From Octopus bimaculoides (taxonomy: Eukaryota): a stretch of DNA of 62,597 nt. A program made the position numbers and the translations under genes. The stretch spans positions 171,080,414 to 171,143,010 of the forward strand of contig NC_068981.1 in the NCBI RefSeq assembly GCF_001194135.2, in the 5' to 3' direction. Below are positions 51,281 through 62,597 of this stretch, piece by piece (the stretch's first letter is position 1; each line of letters opens with the position of its first letter). A model generated the notes under the pieces. The model was not told the DNA's origin, ran no database searches, and saw only the letters and a list, made by a program, of their open reading frames with translations.

Positions 51281-52719
51281 ATAATAAAGTAATGCCCGTT
51301 TACGTTTATATTTAGTTGTATATTTGCGTGTAAACAACATAGTTACACGTTTTCATCTGTTTTATTCGAGCAATAAATTAGGGAAAGTCATGATTGATGA
51401 ATGATTACGTTATATAAAGTTCAGACGCAAGAGAATTATTGGAGGAATTGTATGACATTATTATAGCTAGTGAATATCCTAACTCTCTCCTCTTCAAATT
51501 CAGCTGTATTTGCATTAATCTTTCAGCTCTAAGATGTCAACTATCTTGTATACAGAATTTGAGCAATTTTGCTGTACCTCTAGTGAGAAAAATTCTGTAT
51601 AAAGAAACATATTCAATAAAAAAATATATCAGGTAATTGCTAATATTCTGTAGATTAGTACACAAATATTGAAGTCTTAGTTCAACAATCAGTATAAAAA
51701 TCATTCTTAACATATTTGTATTTGCACCATATATTTTCATTATTATTTTAGATACTTATGTGAATGAAAAATAAAATGCATTTCATTTTTGACCTCTATT
51801 ATATCAGTTCTCTTTCTAAGTGAATTTAAAACACTTCACCGCCAAACAATTTCCGTCTATTGAACCAATGTGCGTTGGAGACAGACATAAGATATTCGTT
51901 GGTCTTTTAGAATTTGTAATTAAGTAGTTAGAAAACAAATATTTTCGTGTCGGGAAACATAATTCCCAATTTGTCAAATGTTGTATTGATTTTCCAATGC
52001 ACACGTTTACTAAAATTAGTTTCATTTTGTATGGAGTAAAATTAACAAAATAAAATTTAAAACTACAATCCTCGCTTACAGATAAATGTCAGTGAATGCT
52101 GTAATTGATTTTAGATGTTGAACAAAAGTTTAATTAACCCGGAATTCTGAAAATTACAAGTATTTAAAAAATTTTTCTCTTTATTCCATACTTATGGACA
52201 GTGCTGAGGTTTAATATAATAGATCATTGACTTGGCCTTTTATATAACAGCAAGCTCTATGTTCCAGAGTTTATGATCAAATATCGCATGAGTTGATTTT
52301 ATACGGAGTTGATTCCATTACGGAAAAGATGGGCCCATAGCACACTCCATTTATGAGTAGTAGGGATTTTAGGACAGCTGGTGTTTCGAACCTCGATGGC
52401 AGATATCAGTACAGATCAGCAAACTGTTTTGTTTTCCGAAGTTAGAAATATATTTAGAAATTTATTCATTGTCATTAAAATGGGCATACCGTAGCAATTA
52501 GGTTTGTCTTATAAGATATAAGTTGATTCATTTAGTGCAATGTATGCAGGTTAACTTAACTGTATTTATATTCTATAAATATTTTTTCATAAAATTTGGA
52601 AGATTTACTAACGTTGAGAGAGGAAAGCGAGTTGCAACCAAAGGATCTTTCTTGCTGAGACTGTGCTCTGACTGGAATGATACGAGTTTCATGAGCCCAT
52701 TACCATCTAAACGTCATTC

Positions 52720-53100
52720 ATAGAATGGAAATGCAATCGTATCGAAAAGGCATTTACTCGATATTACATTAGGCATTCGTTGAATAACGCCTTTCACAAT
52801 GTATTTGAGCACTAGGTCTCGGTGTTTTGACAAGATGTATGTTATCTCATTGTGTTTCCTAAAATGCTTAAAAGAGTCACTACAAGGGTCCAAAACTACC
52901 TCCAGAAAAGTGAACATTCTCAGTTTAGCATCTATAGTAATATATCTGAGCATCCTTCAAGTACCTTTCCATAAACTATTTCTTGTAAGCCCATCTTCCT
53001 GGCTCAAAATTGTTAGAGCATCTTTGCTTTACAGGCCAAAGCTTGTGGTGGGGCAATATTTTTATGGTAAGATGAATATTCTAATGAGATCGTAGACACC
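52720..53100 (-). mobile_element. Possible degraded CR1 3' remnant
   Basis: Minus strand has weak similarity to EYCSQLWSP...LTRKI...YWERL; may extend to about 53700. Confidence 0.25.
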
Positions 53101-54949
53101 GGTTTGTTAATACTATACTCATATCGAAAGTCTGTTCTGATTAGAACTTTTCATCCAAGGAGAGAGCTTACCAAAGAGTAGAATCATTGTAGCATAGAAT
53201 GTGATAGCCTTTGTTTTTATAGAAACATATAGCTTAAAGAATTCGCACCTTTCGCGAGTAAATGTTCGGATACCATAAGATACCAATCTATGATATCGCA
53301 TTGAATGAATGTAGCACTTTTCTATCTCATATATCCTTACTCCAATTGATAACGTCGCAGATGTTTCCCATTAAGTTATATTAATGGCGCTGCTAGTGTT
53401 AAAGTTAATGTTCGAAGTGTCTTCCTATCTAACATTTGGCAAGTTTTGTCAATTTCCTCCAAATATGACGTGAAAAACCTACAGATGTAAACAACACCAA
53501 TTTTAAACGATATACTAAATTTACTAACGGGTCCTCCAAATGGATACTTCATAAACACACCTATTCCTCGAGAAACATCAAATAAACGAACAGTACAGAT
53601 AACACCATGTAAATATTGAGATCAAAAAACCTATTTGAGTAGATAAAATCTCGAACCTACATCACCTGTAGACATGACAGACGTTCTGGCAATCCTTCCC
53701 TTCAAATTATTCTATTAATGATACCTCCAAATATTTATATTATGTGTGTTTGTGCTCGCACCTATGTGTTTTTGTGTGTGTATGTGCTCGCACCTATGTG
53801 TTTTTGTGTGTGTATGCGTGTGCATATATATNNNNNNNNNNNNNNNNNNNNNNNNNNNNNNNNNNNNNNNNNNNNNNNNNNNNNNNNNNNNNNNNNNNNN
53901 NNNNNNNNNNNNNNNNNNNNNNNNNNNNNNNNNNNNNNNNNNNNNNNNNNNNNNNNNNNNNNNNNNNNNNNNNNNNNNNNNNNNNNNNNNNNNNNNNNNN
54001 NNNNNNNNNNNNNNNNNNNNNNNNNNNNNNNNNNNNNNNNNNNNNNNNNNNNNNNNNNNNNNNNNNNNNNNNNNNNNNNNNNNNNNNNNNNNNNNNNNNN
54101 NNNNNNNNNNNNNNNNNNNNNNNNNNNNNNNNNNNNNNNNNNNNNNNNNNNNNNNNNNNNNNNNNNNNNNNNNNNNNNNNNNNNNNNNNNNNNNNNNNNN
54201 NNNNNNNNNNNNNNNNNNNNNNNNNNNNNNNNNNNNNNNNNNNNNNNNNNNNNNNNNNNNNNNNNNNNNNNNNNNNNNNNNNNNNNNNNNNNNNNNNNNN
54301 NNNNNNNNNNNNNNNNNNNNNNNNNNNNNNNNNNNNNNNNNNNNNNNNNNNNNNNNNNNNNNNNNNNNNNNNNNNNNNNNNNNNNNNNNNNNNNNNNNNN
54401 NNNNNNNNNNNNNNNNNNNNNNNNNNNNNNNNNNNNNNNNNNNNNNNNNNNNNNNNNNNNNNNNNNNNNNNNNNNNNNNNNNNNNNNNNNNNNNNNNNNN
54501 NNNNNNNNNNNNNNNNNNNNNNNNNNNNNNNNNNNNNNNNNNNNNNNNNNNNNNNNNNNNNNNNNNNNNNNNNNNNNNNNNNNNNNNNNNNNNNNNNNNN
54601 NNNNNNNNNNNNNNNNNNNNNNCCAGCTGTTATAAGTAAGATGTTCCACAGTGTAATTGTCAAAAAGCTGTTATAAGTAAGATGTTCCACAGTGTAATTG
54701 TCAAAAAGCACAAAGAAAGCGTCTACTCCAGACTATATAAGCATCTAACACAATATACGAAAGCATGGTGTGTCTCATCAAATGGCACTAGTGACAGAGA
54801 CGACGTCTGGCTGTATTGTTTGGAATATCATGAAGTTTACAAAAACCAACATTTTCTTGTCTGTAAATATCAGGACTTGTAGTAGTGTGTGTAATCCTTT
54901 AAATACCTTAATAGAAAAATTGCAAAGTAACTTAATTCGCTTTTTGAAC

Positions 54950-55135
54950 CTGTTTCAATCATAAGACTGCGGCCATCCTGGGGCACATTTGAAGAATTTT
55001 TTGTTGAATGAATCGGCTCCAGTTCGTTTTTGTAAAGCCTGGTACTTATCTTAAATGTGTCTTTAACCGAACCGCTAAGTCACGTATACTTAAACACACC
55101 AACACTAGTCGTCAAGCACTGCTGGTGGACAAATA
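54950..55135 (-). mobile_element. SINE fragment (family C tail)
   Basis: TGTTTCAATCATAAGACTGCGGCCATCCTGGGGCAC...AAGCCTGGTACTTAT is the reverse complement of the tails at 47620 and 59135. Confidence 0.75.
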
Positions 55136-55237
55136 CAGCCATCAACACACATACACACTTATATGCACGCACGCACATATGCACGCACACTCATATGCAC
55201 ACACACAACGCTTATACACGGTGGGCGTCTAAAAGTA

Positions 55238-55383
55238 CCTTCTACCAAATCCACTCACAAGGCTTTGGTTGGCAGGGGTTACAGTAAAAGACAATAGCCC
55301 AAGGTGGCATGCAGTGGGACTGAACCCGAAACCATGTGGTTAGGGGGTAAGCATTTTACCACACAGTTACGCCTGCACCTGTA
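55238..55383 (-). mobile_element. tRNA-like SINE family B
   Basis: CTACCAAATCCACTCACAAGGCTTTGGT...GCAGTGGGACTGAACCCGAAACCATGTGGTT, homologous to 23596-23737, with the 5' head retained. Confidence 0.85.
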
Positions 55384-56162
55384 TTTTTTTTTGCAAGATT
55401 CTTAATGTAAATATCTATAGATGGCTCACTTTACGATGAGAAAAACACGCACTGGTTTATTTCCCTTCATTTTATTATCATTAGCCAACTAGTTAACCAA
55501 TTAGTAAATTACACAATCGACTGCTTGATTAATCATTCCACCAATCAATTAATCAGCTAATCTGCCGAAGTTCTTCCGTTGCATATTTACGACCTTCCCA
55601 TTAACATGCCCTACTTACTTGAGGTTTATCTCGTTGTTTCCAGGCTTTTAATACTGGATTTGTAGTTGTGGACTGGGGTAGGTGTGTTGTGAGTGTGTGA
55701 ATGCCTGATGCTATCTTCAGTTTTGTAAAAATGTAAAAAAACGAAAAAGTTGCTCCAGTTTGGCATTATTTCTAACGGCGAAAATAAGCTAAATAACTGC
55801 GTAACTAGTTGATTCTAAAACGATATGACAATTACCCGTGCCTCAAGAAAACTAGTTTATTTGAAATGAAATACAAGAATCAATTTTATAACTGAACTGT
55901 TGTTTACGTGAAAGACATTGATAGTTTGGTCATTAAAAGAAGTGAAACTATCATCAGTGATTAACAGACTAATGTAATTACCTTGTTGAGCAAAGGATTG
56001 CTATGGAATCTATGAAGTAATCAATGAATGTCATTAAGATCAATAAAGAACATAAACACAGAAGAGACTCTTGGATCGTTTCTGAATTAACTGATCTCGC
56101 TCAGATTTCGATAATTAAAAGCAATAGAAATTAACGGATAAAGAAGAAACAGAAGAAAAAAG

Positions 56163-56188
56163 ATGACGACGACGACGACGACGACGAC

Positions 56189-56221
<33 letters not shown>

Positions 56222-56289
56222 AACGATGGTGGTGGTAGTGGTGGTGGTGAAAGGGAGGAAGTAAAAGTAATACGAATTATAACAATGTA

Positions 56290-56334
<45 letters not shown>

Positions 56335-56373
56335 GTGATGATTTCTTTGAATTTTTGTTTGCTATTATTATTA

Positions 56374-56430
<57 letters not shown>
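56163..56430. repeat. Compound trinucleotide microsatellite cluster (GAC)n(GAT)n(GGT)n...(GAT)n...(ATT)n
   Basis: Direct reading. Confidence 0.95.
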
Positions 56431-56431
<1 letters not shown>

Positions 56432-56829
56432 TGTTTCATAATAATGATAATTAACTGTTATGTCAAAGAGAATTTATCAGCATTCATGTTATGAATTTCT
56501 TTGAAAGCCGCTAACAGTTGCCAACAGGTTTTGTTTTCTTTCTCAAGCTAAAAAGGAAATTTCTCGTAACTGAGATCACATTTTACGTCATTCAATACGT
56601 CACGCTTTCACTTATTTCGACCATTGGTTCACCAGAGTTATTTCTCATAGGTTAAATAAATATTTATTTCTGTTTGTTTTTGTGCGGGTTTTTTTTTTAT
56701 AAGTGAACAAAAATCAGTGAACAAAAATCTTTCGTAATTCTCTTTTTCCCTAATGTACAAAAAGAAAAAAAAGAGAAAATATCACTTGAATCGGCCAACA
56801 TAGGATTCAACAGAAAAATCAGTGATAAT

Positions 56830-57007
56830 TAGCTTCAATACCACTGAAGATCTCTCCGTGAGATCGTCTCTTCAGGGTGTAAATTATGTTTCTGGGAATT
56901 AGTTCTTGATAAAGTGAGCCCGCAACCGGCCCGCGAAATTTTTTTCCCACGTGCTTTAGCTTCGTTATTATAGCAACAGTCCACATAGCTATTGATCAGA
57001 CCACGTA
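56830..57007 (-). mobile_element. Mariner-type terminal fragment
   Basis: Minus strand begins TA-CGTGGTCTGATCAATAGCTATGTGGACTG, the same CG(A/T)GG..TCAA(A/T)A style of terminus as the mariner at 60387. Confidence 0.55.
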
Positions 57008-57956
57008 TGTGTAGATATATATAAATATATGATATGTTCATGTGTACCTTTATAAAAGTTTAATACCGTTTTTTAAGGTAGCTCAAAGCTAATTGGTAAT
57101 ATACATGTGTAAAGCACGTGAGATTATTATAATCCTTGTCAAGAAAATTGGCTGTCAAATGTTAATTGTATATGCAACCGTGGATAATGGATTTCGTCAT
57201 AAACCATGAAATCCATCGATTTGTAGTATGAATGAACACGTTTCGACATAATTAGAAGTTACTTTTTTGAAATACTACTGTTGATTTTAGTTGAGTGATT
57301 GCTTCCATGAATTATTCCTTCAAATGTGTGACATCAGAAGTTTGCTAAGCGAACATAGCATGACAAACAAAATATAAATTGTTGAGTTTAATTGCTCTGG
57401 GGGATACTATGCATAATGACGTTAATGTTCATAATGTATTCAGCATTAGTGACATAACTAATTGGAATAACTAAAGCTCTGAGGAAAAGTCAAAATTAAA
57501 TTCAATATGTAATATCATTTCACTCAGAATAATTGTTTACTTATCTGAAATATCACAATACTAGCTTAGAAGTTGCACTCCGCGCGGGGCATTTGAGCTA
57601 GCTCCTACGGGGGGATAATTAGGCCTGTGACCCAAAACTGAATAGAGCTAAATAGCATGACTGTAATACGTCTATAATGACTATATGCCTCGGTGGTGTT
57701 TGACCAGATGTTAACGACGGAGGAGATTAATTCTGTAATGCAATCATGCTATTGTTCCAGTCTCAAGTTGAATTACAACTGTAGAGCAATACAAAGGTTT
57801 GTTGACTGTTGAATCACCATCAAAGCTCAGCTTAAAGCATAATAATTGAAATTGTTTTCATTTCGATTTTATCTATCGAAAGGGATAAACATCCCTGTGG
57901 TAAACACCCATTAATGTTATATCGCCTGAAGAAATGAATCCATGATGATGATCTAC

Positions 57957-58044
57957 CTGATGCCACAGATACCACGGACTACACTGTAATAATCCCAGGA
58001 ATATGGACTGTGATCTTAAGAAACAAGTGATCTGTGGAAACGCG
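57957..58044 (+). ncRNA. Hammerhead-ribozyme-like motif, second copy
   Basis: CTGATG-CCACAGAT (57963-57970)...ATCTGTGG (58030-58037)-AAACGCG; perfect 8-bp stem; stem III and cleavage triplet lost by a 7-nt deletion relative to 13366-13384. Confidence 0.4.
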
Positions 58045-58046
58045 AT

Positions 58047-58201
58047 GCTCAAATTTCCCTCGTTTAGCTGCATTTAGTCTTTGTTTGCCCATTGACTCAC
58101 ATATGTGTGAGTGTGTACATACATACATACAAATACATATATATGTATATATATATATGTCAAACAAAAACTAAATGCAACTAAACGAGGGAAATTTGAG
58201 C
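58047..58201. repeat. 41-bp inverted repeat (2 mismatches) around a microsatellite-like spacer at a CR1 5' junction
   Basis: 58047-58087 GCTCAAATTTCCCTCGTTTAGCTGCATTTAGTCTTTGTTTG versus 58161-58201 CAAACAAAAACTAAATGCAACTAAACGAGGGAAATTTGAGC. Confidence 0.95.
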
Positions 58202-59003
58202 CGATGCAATTTGGGAGAAAGACTATGCTAAAACAGTCATACTCTCTTCTTTCGGGGGAATCACTTACATCATCTAATAATAGCAGAGACCTAGGAGTAA
58301 TTGCTGACAACAATCTCAGCTGGAGTGCCGACATCTGCAATAAGGTTGATTTAGCTCGTAGGATGAGCTCCTGGATCCTAAGAAGGCGTCATCATTCTAC
58401 TTTTCTCCTCCATTGTACAGCTACACCTCGAATGAAAAACAAAACATTTGGAAAATTGATTTACCGCAGAGGACTTGCACTGAAAGAATTAAGGGCATTA
58501 CTGATCTCGATTATTGAGATTGCCTTAAAGCATTGAAACTCTATTCTCTCCAGCACCGCCCTAAGCGATACATCATTTACATGATGTGGAGAATATATAA
58601 CCAGCATTGCCCAAACGACCTCAACATTTGCTTCAAAATTCATCCAAGGCTAGGACCATGGGCCATAGTCCCCTACCCAATTCAGGATCACAAGACATAA
58701 ATACACTGCAACACAATTTCTTTTCCTCAACAAGCCTGGCCCTATTTAACATTGACACGAAACAGATTCAAGAGGAAAAGAATCCCATCACTTCTAAACG
58801 GAATCTGGACAAATTTCTTCAAGGGATACCAGATAAGCCACCTATACTTGGATACAACTCACTCGACAAAAACTACTCGAATGGACCATGATACCACAAA
58901 ACTTGACTTAGAAAGGATTTAACTAATCCTAACAAGTGGTGCTATAAAGTTAGACATGGTCTAGACCGATCTTTGGTCGAAACATAAGTTATCTAAGCTA
59001 AGT

Positions 59004-59005
<2 letters not shown>
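58161..59005 (+). mobile_element. CR1-type LINE, 5'-truncated 3' end
   Basis: GKFEPMQFG, RDLGVIADNNLSWSADICNKVDLARRMSSWILR, LKALKLYSLQHRPKRYII, KRNLDKFLQGIPDKPPILGY, then 3' UTR and short CTAAG tail. Confidence 0.9.
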
Positions 59006-59053
<48 letters not shown>

Positions 59054-59134
59054 TGCGTGCGTGTGTGCGCGTGTGTAAGTAATTGCATGTAAATGTGTGT
59101 GGTTTTATTTGTATAGGTGTGGGTGCTTCTTGAA

Positions 59135-59300
59135 CTTATATTTCGGTTCGGCAAGAGAGAACGATAAAATAAGTTCTAGGCTTACAAAGAATAAGTCCTG
59201 GAGTCGATTTGCTCGACTAAAGGCGGTGCTCCAGCATGGCCGCAGTCAAATGACTGAAACAAATAAAGGAATAAATAATAAATAAAGAATAAAGAAATTC
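59135..59300 (+). mobile_element. SINE 3' portion (family C) with (AATAA)-type tail
   Basis: GGCTTACAAAGAATAAGTCCTGGAGTCGATTTGCTCGACTAAAGGCGGTGCTCCAGCATGGCCGCAGTCAAATGACTGAAAC. Confidence 0.85.
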
Positions 59301-60386
59301 AATTGGAACTGTTTATAGTTATGCTTACTTTGAAATTTGAAATTTTTCTATTCCCCTTAAAATATGTTGAATGAGTTGTGTTTTCCTGAAGCGTTAAAAG
59401 AAATGTCTTACGTTTCAAAACCCATATACTTTTCAACATGTGAGCTTAAGCCAATATCTAACTTCAGTAGAGAAGAAATTTTCTAGAACCGATATTTATC
59501 GGATTGCTTGTAACAACCGTAACCATAGCATTCTTGATGTCATTGCAAATAAAATCAAACAATATTCAAATAGAATGATGGAAATAATAGAGGGATTAAA
59601 TGGATTTGCAAGTATGAAGCAAATAATGCATTAGCTTAATCGGTTAAGTTCAAATGTCAAATGATGAAAAGAGTAAAAGTACGACCGTGAGTCATTGGAC
59701 TAGTAGTTGTTCTTTGCTTCACAAAATAATCTTCTAAATAAAGGTTGCTTTATTTTCTTTAAAAAAAAAACATATTTAAGAAGAATAATTTAAAATGATA
59801 AATCACTGGGTGACACTTAATGATTTCAAGAAGAATTATACTTCATTCTTTTGATTACAGAAATATATGTATATACATATAATTAAATAAGCAAAGTACT
59901 ATATATGTGTGTTAATGAATATAATACCACACGCATGTATTCACACATTACACTATACCACACGTACACAGAACACACACGTACACAGAACACACACGTA
60001 CACAGAACACACACGTACAACACGCACGCGAAAGTGTGAAAGCGCNNNNNNNNNNACGTACAACACGCACGCGAAAGTGTGAAAGCGCATGCATACACAC
60101 ACCTACACTCTCTCTCTCACACACACACACACACACTCACCCATAATTTTATAAGTTGACAGTCACTTCAATTCTTTGCGGAAGCTGGCCTTTCAAGCTG
60201 ACAGCTGCAATATTATTGCCCAAGAAATATTTCTCAGTTTTGTATACCGATGCGCTTTTATTATATTTCAGTCAGTATCTTCTCTTTTTTCTTCCGGATA
60301 AATTCTTTCTATGCAACCTTCATATATTGATTGTTAAAATAGAAATGGAAGTAAATCCACATTTTTACTGATTCAATTATGGATCA

Positions 60387-61280
60387 TACGAGGTGGTATC
60401 AAAAGGTTATAGGACTAGTTATCTTTAACAAAAAAAGGAACTTATTTCCCTAAGATTTAACATCTTCGCCTTCGAAATAGTCACCTTACCCAGCAATACA
60501 AAGGTCCCAGCGTTCCTGCCACTTTTGGAATCCAGCCTGGAAGTCGTTTTCTGTAAGCGAGTTCAGGATCTTCTGCAATTCGCTTTGGATCTCGACAAAG
60601 GTGTTAAAACGGTGTCCTTTGAGCAGCATTTTCATCTTGAGAAAGAGATGGAAGTTCGTTGGTGCTAAATCTGGCGAGCAGGGCGGGTGTAGAAGCGATA
60701 TCATGTTGTCTTTGGCGAGAAACTTACGAGTGAGGAGAGCTCAGTGACAGGGTATATTGTCGCCGTGAAGAAACCAGTACTTCGCACTCCACAGATCTGA
60801 TCGCAGTGGAAGTCTCAATTGAGGGTCTGGCCCTGTGGGATGAATTTTCTATGCACAACACCACATTTCCGGGGGTAAAGCTCGTGGCAGGTCTTCCAGA
60901 TCGCTCAACATCTTCCACAGATGTTCTTCTGCTTTTTAAGTGCCCATGCCACTCGAAACATTGCATACGATCCATTGCCTCATCGCTGTAAGCTTGCTGA
61001 AAGATGCTGTATGCCTGAGTAGTAAACTTCCTAAGTTAAACGCAAAATTTCACGTTGGCTCTTAGTTCGAACTTTCTGTCCGTGACGAAAATTGTAGACT
61101 GCAACATACACGTGATCACAAAAACACAAATTTCACAACTTGCAAAGTAAACACGGCGAAATCACCAGGCACACTGCCTCATGAAGATCACTACTAGCTC
61201 TCACTGCGCACACCACTGTGTGTGGCCATGTGTTGGCTCGTTAGAGTATTAGCAAGGGAACCTTTGTATACCACCTCGTA
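60387..61280 (-). mobile_element. Internally deleted mariner (DD34D) with both TIRs and TA target duplication
   Basis: TA-CGAGGTGGTATCAAAAGGTT (60387) and AACCTTTGTATACCACCTCG-TA (61280); QCFEWHGHLK...ERSGRP; HGDNIPCH...HPPCSPDLAPTNFHLF with 34 residues between the D and the D-to-N position; FQKWQERWDLCI. Confidence 0.92.
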
Positions 61281-62223
61281 ACTCTTCATTGCTTCTTAAA
61301 TTTAACTGTTTCTGCTTCACCATATTCGCTTTAACACTTTAATGTGCGTAATTGTACGCATAGATGTCTATTGAATAGTGCCTTTATATGTTTGTGTGTC
61401 AATTTGAACCATATAGAGGATGTTTTGATGCATTTGTGCGCTACCGTATGTACGTTTATGCGTGGGAAACGATATGTGTGGCTGTCGTGATATCTGCTAA
61501 GAGACTTCCCGGTGATTGTTATGTGATTTTATTAAATAAAGGAGTTTCTTCAAACGTTATTATAAATAACACACAAGGATATCCGAAGAGAAAGTAGAAT
61601 TTGCAAAGGTTACAGAAATGTGTTCGATTATAATTTCCTGTTACCCTTTTTGGTCTCCCGTTCAGATTTTAAGTAGGTACGTACATATGACATGACAGGA
61701 ATTGTTTAATTTTCTGTGCGTATTCAATATTTTTGTTTCGTATTTCAAGATAGAATGTTCTTCTATAGTGCAAAAGGCCGGGAAAGTCGTATGATTATGC
61801 ATAAATTTTAGCTTTGCCACCTTTAATTAATATGTGACATGTTACTTCTTTTTAAAAAGAGAACAGCTATGTGCGTGTTCAGTCGGCATTATGAAGTTTC
61901 TGAATATATAAATATATTGATGCAGTCTGCTCTGAAATTGATTCAGTGAAACATCTATATCATCAATGTCATTGTGGTTAATAAAAGATGTGACAAACGA
62001 TGCACATATAGTAGATTCCCGTAAGACGATTTCGTTTATTAGGTTTACACATTGAGAGAGAGACAATACAATTTTCGGGCACTATTAGATGTTTTCTTGT
62101 GATGCAAGTTGTCTTTCTTGTGCACCTGTGTCATAAAAAATAGGTTTTTATTTAAATTATATTGGGTGAAAACATAGTAAAGGACGAAAACAGAAAATTC
62201 TAGTCTAAAGGCTGCACACTTTG

Positions 62224-62225
<2 letters not shown>

Positions 62226-62301
<76 letters not shown>
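62226..62301. repeat. (TAA)n microsatellite
   Basis: Pure run. Confidence 0.98.
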
Positions 62302-62302
<1 letters not shown>

Positions 62303-62305
62303 GCA

Positions 62306-62597
62306 ATGCCAAATAATAATATAAACACTGAGATAGCAAAACACGAGGACAAACGTAACATTCCCGGCAAAAACGAAGTAAACAAAAAACAACAAACCCA
62401 GACCGTAGAGATGTATAATAGTGTACAAAAAGCACCAATCCAGAACACCACAGACAAACATATGAATGAAAAGGAAGGCAAAACAAATATAAAGCCTGGA
62501 AATAACGAAGGGAAACCTAATAATTACGATACTATGAAAATGAAAATAACCGAAGAACTGAAAACCACAGATCTTAGAATGGACCACAGATTATATC
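62306..62597 (+). mobile_element. Open reading frame running off the window, possibly the N-terminal region of an R4/Dong LINE
   Basis: 97 stop-free codons from ATG 62306 (MPNNNINTEIAKHEDK...KITEELKTTDLRMDHRLY), starting 5 nt after (TAA)n as at 4169; absent from the ORF track because it has no stop inside the window. Confidence 0.35.

Noticed and set aside
54625-54709. Exact 41-bp tandem duplication
   Set aside because: Begins 2 nt after an N-gap; could be a scaffolding artefact or collapsed array edge. Not CRISPR-like, since there are no spacers
59955-60088. Short CA-rich tandem units and a 33-bp sequence repeated on both sides of a 10-N gap
   Set aside because: Duplication across a minimal gap is typical of unmerged overlapping contig ends
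62045-62587. 180-aa hydrophobic minus-strand ORF resembling a membrane protein
   Set aside because: Antisense of an A-rich plus-strand ORF and a (TTA)n tract; the hydrophobicity comes from T-richness

Overview
Eukaryotic, AT-rich, microsatellite-dense draft-assembly sequence with 12 N-gaps, most of them flanked by dinucleotide repeats. The SINE, CR1, mariner and Penelope repeats resemble families I recall from Octopus (cephalopod) assemblies; this taxonomic call is recall and inference, not a database result. I cannot support any intact protein-coding gene, rRNA, tRNA gene or CRISPR array. Most ORFs in the supplied track are translations of microsatellites or N-runs. The window reads as intronic or intergenic DNA full of transposon relics: several tRNA-like SINE families (two copies with visible target-site duplications), CR1 LINE fragments, R4/Dong-type restriction-endonuclease LINE fragments abutting (TAA)n and (CATA)n tracts, Penelope-like fragments with a GIY-YIG motif and hammerhead-like motifs, at least six Tc1/mariner relics (DD34D, a DDxD type, and one with DD36E spacing), a Tigger-like MITE, a Helitron 3' terminus and a 454-bp fold-back MITE. 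The most notable unexplained signal is a disabled minus-strand reading frame at about 34850-35210 that fits a ubiquitin/SUMO-like fold. A few isolated segments have good splice signals and may be exons of a large host gene that cannot be identified from this window.
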